Assembly: GCA_028023455.1 (NCBI GenBank)
Contig: JAQFVV010000004.1
Span: 7,502,001 to 7,566,000 of the forward strand
From: Epiperipatus broadwayi
Taxonomy: Eukaryota; Animalia; Onychophora
Reading direction: 5' to 3'
Length of the DNA stretch: 64,000 nucleotides
Shown: positions 53,040-64,000 of the stretch, in pieces
Layout: every line of letters begins with the position of its first letter
Numbering within the stretch: the stretch's first letter is position 1
Notes under the pieces: model-generated
Databases searched by the model: none
What the model was told of the DNA's origin: nothing
What the model saw: only the letters and a program-made list of their open reading frames with translations
Program-made: the position numbers and the translations under genes

Positions 53040-54520
53040 AGAAGGTAATTTACATACTCCATCAAGTTTGTTGTTACAATTTGACCTCTTATTTAGAAAA
53101 GACAATTAAGATATTATTAACAAATCAAAATAAAAAAACATGACAAATGAATTTATTCCTCATAAATAATATTGTGTTCATCTCAAATTCTATGGCAAAA
53201 ATACACAAAACCCATACCCTCCTTCATCCAATACTAAACACCATAGAATCCTCCACTCAGCTAAATATTTATCTAATATAATAAAACCTACCTTCTATCT
53301 ATTAAGTAATATATAATATAAATTCTAAACATTTTATTTCTCTATTAAGCATTGGTAGCCAAGAGGTCAGTGCAGCTATCTTGCAAGCAAGCAGACAGTT
53401 GTTGCGGGTTCGCTTCCTGGCTGATGCTTTGACATATGGAAAAAAAAAATAAAAAGTTGATACAAATGATATTCTCATCAGTTTCAATGTTATTTCTTTA
53501 TTTACAAATATTCCAATTGATAAAACTTTAAATGTCACTTCTCAATATTTCAATTTATGAAACCATATTATTACATTCGCTAAACATTATCTTTCATAAA
53601 ACTTACTTAGTTTACAGTGAACAAGATCATGAACAAATTTTCAGTACTCCAATGGATTTGCCTATCTTATGGGTATTAACTGATTTATTTATGGAATATA
53701 TAGAAATTTGTGCTTTAGAGTCAGCAACTTTAAAACCTCTTATTTGACTCAGATAATATCTGGCAACATGATACAGATAAATTTACAATGGAAACAAAGA
53801 CTGAAGGAACATTTATACTCAGCACCAAAAAATTAAATAATCTTTTATTTTTTTCATTTCTAGAAAACTACAAACACAAATAGATACCTACAATTTTCAT
53901 CATGTTATAAACCAGCTCAGATCCTTTCTGTAGCCAAAAATCTTTTCATTAAAGTAGTTAATTTTTCTCATAAATCATATCTAGAAGAAGCAGTAATGTC
54001 AAGCTTTGATTTAAGCCTAAAACCTTCATAATAAGAAATCTAAAAAAAGAACAACTATTAAAATTTGTTTTCTTTATAAAAAAATGTAGCTGCAGAAAAT
54101 ATTGAACATATTCCAATACACTATAAAATAAAAACAGTACTATAATACTTATCAAATAATTAGTAACACATTATAGAAGCCTAAGGACTCAATTTCTTTT
54201 GGAGACCTTGAAGTTTATTAAAAATTATGTGGCATTTGTAAAGCTTTTTATTTAAGTATGGGCAATTGTCACATCAATACTAAAAGAGATAAACATGCTA
54301 ACACACTTGAGCAACATTCAACATCAGCACTATTACAACATGCTATGGATATGGGTCATAATACTGATTTATCAACACCAGGATCCTATTCAGATGTAGC
54401 ACTCTCCACTATGTAAGATCATGTAAGCCATTGAGAGCCTTAAAAGGCCAAGTTGTATCAACAAACATGATGATATATGTAAACTATCATCTATTTGAAA
54501 TAATTTGTTTAAAAATACAA
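53040..54520 (+). mobile_element. Decayed Penelope-like element (RT plus C-terminal GIY-YIG)
   Basis: Collinear motifs MAKIHK...P.LNTIES...AKYLSNIIKP, ISFNVISLFTNIPID, TPMDLPILWVLTDLFMEYIE (PMGSP-like), FTME, TNTNRYLQFSS, SALLQHAMDMGH and EAIESLKRPSCINKHD. Confidence 0.85.
53347..53449 (+). mobile_element. tRNA-Gly-derived SINE inserted in a PLE
   Basis: GCATTGGTAGCCAAGAGGTCAG...GGGTTCGCTTCCTGGCTGATGCTTTGACATATGGAAAAAAAA. Confidence 0.85.
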
Positions 54521-54738
54521 TAATTTGAATAATTATCGATTTTTATTATTTTATTTTTAACATTTTCTATACTGTTTTTCTATTGGTGGTATGTTCATTC
54601 TTGTTATATGTCAATGCTTACAGTGTTCTACAATCATTTTTTAAATACTATTCACTATCCAAATGATGACCAATGCAATAGCAAAAATATCATTTCACAT
54701 CATAATAGTGAGTGAGTCAGAAATAAAATAATATTGTC

Positions 54739-54855
54739 GGGAGTTTTCCCTCTTTTCTTCCATGGCATAAGCTTGTGGTTAAGACCTGTAGAGGTCCCTA
54801 CCTTCGCATTTTCAAGCGTGCATTCTTGAGGTTTATTGCCTTAGTAAATATTACT
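54739..54855 (+). mobile_element. Family-I (subfamily ii) partial copy
   Basis: CCCTCTTTTCTTCC...GACCTGTAGAGGTCCCTACC...TTAGTAAATATTACT. Confidence 0.8.
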
Positions 54856-55722
54856 AAATCTATTGAGAGAAATGAGAAAGAGCTAATAATTAAATAATAA
54901 TTTTAAATAATTATTTAATGAATTTGAACTCAAACATAAGTAGAAACTATTTCCAATTATGTGATAATAAATGTGACCAAATACAATTTCAACACATATT
55001 CAAGTATATTAAATAACTTTAGTTTAGTTTAAATAAACGTATTTCTTTAAAAAAGCATTTAACATTTTTAGAAAGATTAAACTATGGTTACATATATATA
55101 TAATTTTTGAGATAACCTTTTGTTAAAAAAAGTAGGCAAAATTTTATGTTAACATTCTTTGGATAATGGAAACAAAAATCGGATTCATTTGTTTATTTAT
55201 TTCCATATGACTAAGATTTAATTTAGTGCACTTTTATTTGATTTATTCATATAGCATAACTGTTCAAAAAAAAAAAAAAAACTTATCTGGTTGTAACTTA
55301 ATTTTAATTGGATAAGATTTTATAAAACCCTATAAAAAGAGAAAAGTTTTTTTGTTTAAAAGCAGATTAAAATAAGATGAAATAAAAAGAAAATCATATA
55401 GAAGTAAAAGGTAAAGAGAATCAGAAAGTAAAAAGTGTCATTATCTAGTCAAAAAGTTAACCAAACAAGTAAAAAGAGAAAATTAATGTCTATCCATTTC
55501 AAAAACATATTGAGAATCAATGGTAATTTTATAGAACACCTGATGTCTGAATAATTAATCTAAAAATCTTCCAGCTATGATTGTCATCTTATTCAACCAT
55601 GTAACCAATATGCTTTATATTCCTGCAGTAATCTACTTTTTATAATTAATCTACATAATAACCTCATTTTATTAAATAGTTAAAATATTATATCCTGGAA
55701 TAATTTTATTAAACAACCAAAG

Positions 55723-55986
55723 TAATATTTACTAAGGCAATAAACCTAAAGCATGTGCTGTTGAAAATGTGAAGGTAGGTACCTCTACAGGTCTTAACCA
55801 CAAGCTTACGCATTGGAAGAAAAGAGGGGAACGTCTTTACTTCAACCTACTTTCTATATATATATAAGCTTGTGGTTACGACCTGTAGAGGTCCCTACCA
55901 TCGCATTTTCAACAGCACCTACTTTAGGTTTATTGCCTTAGTAAATATTACTTACGTAATCAATGTGCGTTAAAACAAAATTTATA
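55723..55986. mobile_element. Family-I (subfamily ii) fold-back with 15-bp TSD
   Basis: ATTAAACAACCAAAG at 55708-55722 and 55987-56001. Confidence 0.9.
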
Positions 55987-58900
55987 ATTAAACAACCAAA
56001 GAAAATTTCTTCACATGAAAAATAACTCTCTCAGTCATCTATAAAGTTAGAAAAATGTTCCTTATATTTTTGATGTTAAACAAGGTGTCACAAATCATTA
56101 ACACAGTCCCAAACATCATTGACAAGATACCATAGTTTCAGTACTTTAATTTGCACAAAGTTTAAAGAATTTTGAAAATGTAAATCTCTAGCGTGGCAGT
56201 CCTAATTAGGGGGAGGGATAATATGCATAAGTATGTTCTTCATTATTTTATATCATTTTTTTCAACATAAAGTTGTTTTCCTTATCTCTTAATGGCAGTT
56301 TAAAATATTTATTTATTTTATGCATATTTAAATGTTCTTTCTATTTAAATTTATATTTTATGTATTATTAAAAAAATTGTTTCATTATAAGAAAATAAAT
56401 AGAGATAATTGATTTATTTAAATGCTAAATATATATATTTAAAAAATATATGCAATCACATAATATTAAGTAAACAAGATTTTAAATCAAATTTATCTTT
56501 TTGTCAGAAAATTTAAAATACCCGAAGCTCTTAAAAGTAAATTAGCCTATTAAATTAATGATTTAAATGATAAAGAATATAAAAATATTATCAGATTTGT
56601 AAATCAGATTATTTAATTAAATGGCTTAACTAAAGTAATATTTAGCTCCAAAGATCGTAATAAATAGAAATTAATCTGGCGTTTATTTTAAAAATAAACA
56701 AACATATTAATAATGTTTAAATTCAATTATAATTGCATTCCTTTATAATATATATATGTTTTGAAATAATTTTTTACTAGTAATGTAAAAACAATCTCAA
56801 AATAAATGAGTGCCTTTTTAGCATAAAGCATTTAAAGATAAATTAAACATTTATATAGCAACATAGTAGGGCTACGTGCATACAAATTAAGTGTATTAGT
56901 GTATGGAATTAATGAAAATAGAATATTGGGAATGTTTATGACAGAATGATCTCATGATTGCAAATATATATATATTAATTTTGTTCCTTATTTTATCAAA
57001 CCATTTACGTAATGTAAAAATATAATTGTTTAAAATCTTTATCATTTTAAAAAAGTATTTATTTATTAAAGTTTTAATATGCACTTTAATTATGTTATTA
57101 TTAAAAACCTGTGGGAGATTTGTGTATTAGGGTAATTTATTAAGATAACCGCAAAGTTGTAGTTATATTTGAAAATAAAATCTTTCTTATATTTGTTCTT
57201 TCCTGTGACTGAAGTTTTGTTTATAATATTTTTTTTTTATAAGTTAGCTGCACTCAGAATAGTTGTGTGAAGCATATTTAAAGAGAAACAGGAAGTTGAT
57301 AATGTCCAAATTTATAAATATTTTATATATTGCTATGGAAACACACAAAATAGCTCTGCGAGAATGAAAACTCTTTTGTGAAATAAATTTAAGATTTTAT
57401 CATATTTAGTTATTTAGATGTTATGATAGTATTTCCACCAAGATATTTCTGCATTCAGTATTTAAGTCTAGCTGAATGTGTGTGTACATATCAAGGATTC
57501 TGATTATTCTGAAAAATTGATGGATACTTATTTTTATATGTTTATGCAATCTATTTTTATCTCCAAGATGTTCATATATTTACTTATATGCTACTCATTT
57601 ATTAGTTGTATGCAATAGTTGCATAATGTGTGTGTTTGCATCTTTATTGATATATCATAAATATTTTTATATGAATCACACATATACATTATGTCAAAAA
57701 AAATAGATTTTATTTAAAATTAAATAAAAATTAATGATATTCACAAAAGTTAAGAAACAATAGTAAAAAGTAAAATTAATGATAATTAAGAATTTTATTA
57801 GCATATTAACAATAAATTATTTATTTGAGAAAGCTATTTAAAATTTAAATGTAGCTTGTAATTCTTTTAGAAATGAATAATAAATCTTTATAAATTCAAT
57901 ATTACGTGATGTAATACCTATTCTATGTGAAGATTAAATGAAACGATTAATTAAAACTTGCAATAGCCTTTAATAAAAATATCTTTGAATATTTCATAAT
58001 ATATTGATAGTTGATATATTATATATAACCATATTAAGATTTTATTTTTATTTTTATACAGAGGCTCATGTGATTTCTTATTTTTATACATAGAAGTCAC
58101 AATTAGAAATGTTATGAAAAGCCTCTTTTCTCATTGATCTAGTCAGGGTATATATATTAGATAATGTGGGGCTGTTGAAGAACTGGAAAACTATTAAGTC
58201 AAAAAATATTTCCATTTTTATTAGAAATAAGTTTATGATTTTTTTTAATAACTAGTGGAGATAGATATGTTAAAAATAAAATCTATTGGACCTAGATTTA
58301 GCTCCATCTAGTGATCATAAAATGCAAGTTAAAAGCAAGTTACGAAATTTATAACTTGTTTTGTTTATCATATATATATAATACAAATAAAATATCTGTT
58401 AATTAAAAACTATTATAATAACAATAAAAATAATAAATATAACATTAATTAACTATTATATATACTCTTTTAATCCACAGAAGTATTTCCAGTTACTATA
58501 CATGAAAGTAGTCCACACCTTACAACATTGATATCAATAACAATGAGGAATCTCAATCTGCTATTAAGGTGACCTACTTTTTAAAATAAAGATAGATATC
58601 ATCTTTATTTGTTGTCAAATCCAAGAGTCACCAACCTGATCTTTACTACCCACTATTGGGCATTTAAATTTTCAGATGGGTGAGAGTATTTCCAGATATT
58701 AAATGAAAACTATAGATTATTCTAGAAATGCAAGTTTAATGTTTTTTGCAAAACTGCTTATGCCTCTCATAAAATTTAAAAATTTGGTATAAACCTCTAA
58801 AGGTTTCATTTTCAATATTGATATTCATCTAGAGTTTGCAATTACTCTTTTGGTTAGCAATATTAGAAAACAACCAATGAGCTCTGTGGCTCTAGATGCA

Positions 58901-59049
58901 TGACTTGTAACAATAGCCAAACAACTTGAAACAACTGCATCTATGGTAGTCCATGAGTATTTGAGTTTAGTTAAGTATGATCTTAAGCCCATTTGTAAAA
59001 ACTTATAAATTTTTTAACCAACCTTAAACCATATCTCAAAAATATATAT

Positions 59050-60750
59050 ACATGTTTGCGACTATTTACTAGAATACTTGAAAATGGGTTTTATCATATC
59101 TGTAACAAATAAACAACTTACAATATGTTTATGGTCCCACAAAACATTATCAAATGAAATAGTGAATCCATGTCAGTTGCATGGACATCTTGTAGCAAAG
59201 TACCCTTATGAGAAAGATAAATCAATAGCATATTTTAAAGAGATCTACAAAATTTTCAAAATCAATTAACAAATTGCATCCATATTTCAAAAACTAAGTG
59301 CAAAGAATAACAAAGGATTACCTGTAAGTTATCAAATATCAAAAGCCATAATATTGGTGAAATTTTAATAACTCCCTGTATCAAGAACTGTAATGCATCA
59401 GGATATACCCCCCCCCCCCCTGATATTTTAAAAACCATGCTTAGTACAAAACTTATGAAGTGACACATTGATCAATGTTGAAAAGGAACTAATATCTACT
59501 CTTTAAAATACTATATTTTCACTAAAATTGTATGAGTCTATTATTGATGATAGTACTTCTGTGTTAATGACATACTTACATTACTTTAATGAATTGAATA
59601 GATTGCAGGAATAAATGCTGTTTACAGAAAATCTTGTCACAGATACAAAAGGAATAACAATATTTCAGACTGTAAAAACATATTTTGAAAAAATATATCT
59701 TTATACAATATTGTTGCATGTGTTACTGATAGTGTAACATCAATGGTAGGTTGCTATCATGTATTTGTTGCTTATTTGAAAGAAAAGGCATCCACTGTTT
59801 TATGTGTTTATTGCATAATATATAAACAACAACTTGTAGGAAAACATTTAAGTGAAAATCTGCATTCATATTTAAATACAATAATTAAAGCTTCAAATAA
59901 AGTCAAATCATATGTCAAAGATGATAGATTATTTTGTTAGCTTTTCCAGAATAATGAGCAATTTTTTATATTACTTTTGCACACAGAAATCTGATGGCTC
60001 TATTAGGGAACATAGTAACTTTTATTTGGTAGATATTTTCAAAAGATTCAATAAAATTAATGTGTAACTTCAAGGAGTTAATGCAATTTCTTTCAATTGC
60101 AAAAACATTACTTATTGAAAAACTTGATCTTCTCTGGCACAATCTATTGCAAAGAGAATTTTATTAATTTCCCAGATTGTTCTCTATAAAAGATGATGTG
60201 TCTCCAGATGACAATAAAAAATTTACTAGTTACCTCTATGAACTTAATTTGGACATGGAGAAATGCATTTCAAGATATTTTCAATGTGAAAGTACATAGT
60301 TTGATGACAGATCTTTTTATCACAAATTTTCTGAAGTTGATGTAACATTCCAAGAAGAAGTATTAGAGAGCAAAACAATTTTGATATAGGTGGATACCAG
60401 AAACTCTGGAAAAAAAATTGCATTATATTAAATTTGTGGGAAAAAATTTTAAGTTGTCAAGCGCTGTTAGCTGAGAGGTCAGTGCAGCAGCCTTGCACGC
60501 AAACAGTTGGTTGCACACGTTTGTTGCGGGTTCACCTCCGGTCGATGCTATGACATATGAAAAAAAAATTAATTTCAAGTTATTGTTACCTTTTCCTACT
60601 TCATACCTTGTTGAGTCAGGTTTAATGTCATTAACTAGATTATGAACAAATAAAGCAATGGCCTAAATATCACTGAAAGAGAAAAGATTTTGATTACTTC
60701 TAACAAAAGCCGAACAACAACATCAGCCTCAAGAATCCCATTAATTTCTT
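59050..60750 (+). mobile_element. Decayed hAT transposase (Charlie/ZBED5/SCAND3-like); ends not resolved
   Basis: GFI...LSNEIVNPCQLHGHLVAKYP (BED finger-like), TDSVTSMVG...YCIIYKQQLV, and LPFPTSYLVESG...QESH*. Confidence 0.8.
60456..60570 (+). mobile_element. tRNA-Gly-derived SINE inserted in a hAT transposase
   Basis: Same head and tail as the other copies; near-TSD AATTTTAAGTT / AATTTCAAGTT. Confidence 0.8.
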
Positions 60751-61289
60751 CGTGTGTTAAATAAATTAATTGATATTTTCAAGTTTAAAATAAGATAAAT
60801 ACATTTTATTTTTTCAAATGATTTCAATTTGTTACTCTCTTTGTATTATTATATATCAACTAATATACTATTATAAATCATTTTTTGTATAATTATTTTC
60901 ATAAGCACTGAATTAAGTTATCTGGGCATCAGTGGGCGATAGAAAAGTTATACTGTTAACAAGAGGACAAATATGGACAGTAGGTAAAATAAGGTTAATG
61001 ATCCCTGGACAAATATGTTTATATAAATATTAAAAATTGCAACTTGACTAAAGAGAGTGAGATTATTAATTCAAAAAAGTTGAAATAAACTTCATTAACC
61101 AGACAAGTATAACCTGTTCTAAAAGCAGACTAACAAATAGTCCAATTATAACTTTCAAACTGCACTGAAACTATGCATGTGTGTGTAAAATATATCTCTA
61201 TTTTTTTATTATAAACAATCATAAAAATATAATTTTATATTAAATGTAAATAAAAATTAATGCAAGATCATTAAAAATACCATATACTT

Positions 61290-62150
61290 AGTACTTTCCT
61301 GAAGGTCTGTGGTGATGGTATTTTAGTATATTTATATATTGGACGATTTCCATCTTCTAGTATTAAGAATTAAATATCTTTTTTCCAATTACATTCTTTT
61401 GTTAATAATAGCACACAAGTTAGTATATGCACAATGTTTCAAGAAGTATTATTCTCTTCTTTTCTTCAGGTGTTGCTGGCCTGACCAGTGACAGTACTAA
61501 CTTGGGAATCAAGCCGGTACTTTTGTTTATTGATGAGACAAGTAACACCATTGAAAAGCAATTGCAAGAGCATAAAACTTGACGATCAGAAGTGAGAAAA
61601 GAGATCGGTCCAAGGTAGCAGATCATGCATGTTCCAATGGAACATATAGGTTCACTTGGGAAAATCCAAAAATATTGATTAGCGAGGAAAAGATACAAAG
61701 AAGGAAATTCAAAAAAGCTGCTCATATGACAGTGGTGAATAACCCAATAAGTTAACCTAGTCTGACTATATCATAGAAACCACTAATCAACATTGTTCTT
61801 ACGAAAAAATGGAGAAATCAGGAGGAACTTTATATATATAAAATTTTCTACTGACTGTTGCTTTTGACAGGATGGCTCTGTTGCAGTGTTACCTTAAAAT
61901 TAAATATTTAAAAATCTAAAAGTCCAGGTTCAATTCCCAAGCTGGTACTGTTACTGGTCAAGCCAGCAGCATCTGAGGAAGATAGAAGAATAATGCCTCT
62001 TGAAACATTCATATACTAACCTGTGTGCTATTATTAACAGATTAATCTAATAGGAAAATTTAAATAAAGTTAAATTTTTCCAAAGATATTCAATACTTAA
62101 TACTAGATGTTAAAAATTAGTCCAATATATAAATACAGACCCTATACCTG
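61290..62150. mobile_element. Fold-back PLE: inverted family-C arm, GIY-YIG coding fragment, tRNA-like head, HHR and tail
   Basis: 61290-61520 is the inverse of ~61925-62140. 61521-61830 reads DETSNTIEKQLQEHK...KVADHACSNG...FTWENPKIL...KIQRRKFKKAAHM. HHR-like motifs at 61429-61476 (-) and ~61968-62012 (+). Confidence 0.8.
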
Positions 62151-62836
62151 TCCCTGTCTTATGCCAATGTTTTGTTACATGTGATTTGTTTAAAGGCAAT
62201 ATAACATATCAGTTTTTATTCTTTGAAAATAAACTGTTACTATAAATTTAGTTGTAAATAAAACTTCTATACTAATAATAATGTAAAAATCATATAGTTG
62301 GAATCCAGCAAAATTTAGATAATTGGCAGTTTATTATTGCAAAAATATATCCTATGAAATTTGCGTTATTATCATAAAAATATATCCTATGAAATTTGAA
62401 CTATTTCATATTATGATAGTCATTACGATTGGCAATGTTCAAATATATTACACTTTACATTTATTTCTACAAATAGTAATAAATATATTTCTATCACTTA
62501 TTACACTTATTGCATTTACAAAAAATTTATATGTATATATTCTTTTCGTCACTAAATCATTAAAAATAATTACATTCCTGATCTTTCAACTATCTAAACA
62601 TATAATGATTTCAAAGATTTGAAAAATACGTCTAAATTTCGCTTTGTAATGATAGATGTCTTTTAATAATTGACATAATCAGAAAATAAAATTTTGAATA
62701 TTAAAAAATATACGTATATATACATCCTTAGAATTTTACATTTTATCAAATTAAATCAATTCTTTTCTCTATTTATTTAAATATTTCAAAAAGTATTTTC
62801 TAATGTTAAATTAGTTTTACTAAACAAGTCTTTATA

Positions 62837-63212
62837 TATATATGGTATGTGAGCACAGACTTTCACACAACCCACCACTCTCCACACTATCTCATAACAC
62901 TGATACACTTGAACACATATATGTTGAAAAAATAAATAATCACCAATATACGTATTTCATTCTAAACCAGCAATCATCAGTTGGTCCAGATTACCATCTC
63001 TACACATATATGCTATAAGTGCTCAGATATATATATATATTATGATAGCCAATCCTCATACTTTAATGGACAGGCTTCAACATATATGTATTCAAGTGTA
63101 TCAGTGTTATGAGATAGTGTGGAGAGTGGTGGGTTGTGTGAAAGTCTGTGCTCATATACCCTATATATTACATATATAGACATAGGTATATAATAAGCCT
63201 GTGTGTTTCAGT
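62837..63212. mobile_element. Fold-back element (family G) with hammerhead in the loop and 16-bp TSD
   Basis: ~90-bp near-perfect inverted arms; TAAACAAGTCTTTATA at 62821-62836 and 63213-63228. Confidence 0.9.
62942..62985 (-). ncRNA. Minimal type-I hammerhead ribozyme motif (family G)
   Basis: ACCAA-CTGATGA-ttgctggtttagaat-GAAA-TACGTA-TA/TTGGT: perfect 5-bp stem I, palindromic stem III ATACGTAT, AUA site. Confidence 0.75.
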
Positions 63213-64000
63213 TAAACAAGTCTTTATAAAAAAAAATTCCATTCTATAATTAATCCATCATTAATTATTTATCTTTTAGCTATTTTCAAAAAATTTATTA
63301 TCCTCCCATTCTATAAATTATACAAATCTATGTATCTAATAATACATTACAAATATTATATCAATTTCTATTATTTAATTTTGTTCAGTGGTTTTTAAAA
63401 ATTGTTTTCATGTATTTTATAAATCTTTGAGAATGGCTGTATGTTGTGTTTTTAATAATTCAGTGCTAAGAATAAATTAAATTTTGATAAATAAAAATGA
63501 GAGTAAACTTTTGATTTTTTAATTAAATTGTAATTCTAGATTATATTTAACAAGAAAGAAATTATCTGAATATGAAGATATTACTAATATATTGCAATAA
63601 GGCTTCAGTTAAAAAAAAATTATTTCAGAGACGATAATAGGTATAAATATTGCATATGACTAGGAACGAATATAAATTATGTTGTTGTTTTTTTAGATAT
63701 GTAGAGTTTGAATAATCTTCTGTTTTAATTTTGTCTTTCCAGTTCATTGTCTTTGTATATTTGGAAACTATCAAATTTGCAAAAAAAAAACATGGAATTC
63801 TTAAAATATGATACAAATTGATTCCTTGGGTTCATTTTCATGATTATAAAAATTGATATCCTATTGAAAGTTATGATCAAACTATACTTTTAACAACATT
63901 TATTTTAAAAATATATTTATTGACATAATAAAATTTGTACAGATGAATACTAAATACACTTTACTAAAGTTAGCTCAAATCTATTGCTGGTATTGGCTTC

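Noticed and set aside
53040-54520. Selenocysteine/UGA read-through PLE ORF
   Set aside because: The interruptions include TAA/TAG stops, deletions (loss of the YVDD motif) and frameshifts, which indicates ordinary decay.
534-63816. Most short ORFs in the supplied track as host genes
   Set aside because: They are low-complexity F/I/L/K-rich frames typical of AT-rich DNA, or antisense or partial frames of transposon remnants, with no splice or domain support.

Overview
This is a very AT-rich, CpG-depleted animal (probably invertebrate) genomic window; the species cannot be determined from sequence alone. There is no intact long ORF. It is mostly intronic or intergenic DNA filled with decayed mobile elements. 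These include many Penelope-like element (PLE) 3' ends and RT/GIY-YIG remnants, RTE-like, L1/Tx1-like and L2-like LINE fragments, two dead hAT transposons (one with TIRs and an 8-bp TSD, nested in a PLE) and a tRNA-Gly-derived SINE. A host gene on the minus strand is suggested by one convincing 103-nt coding exon (36322-36424), two phase-compatible candidate micro-exons and several candidate ATG-bearing first exons. The most striking layer is RNA-structural. About 18 minimal type-I hammerhead ribozyme (HHR) motifs, many decayed, from at least six unrelated repeat families can be read by eye. They include (i) a 367-bp head-to-tail repeat with two near-canonical HHRs (retrozyme-like), (ii) a tRNA-headed HHR module that forms the 3' end of a PLE and also occurs alone as a SINE-like element, and (iii) a family with the covariant U3-A8 core. 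Many insertions are fold-backs flanked by 12-17-bp TSDs. Coordinates of decayed elements are approximate. Structure and family calls were made by eye, without database searches or folding software.
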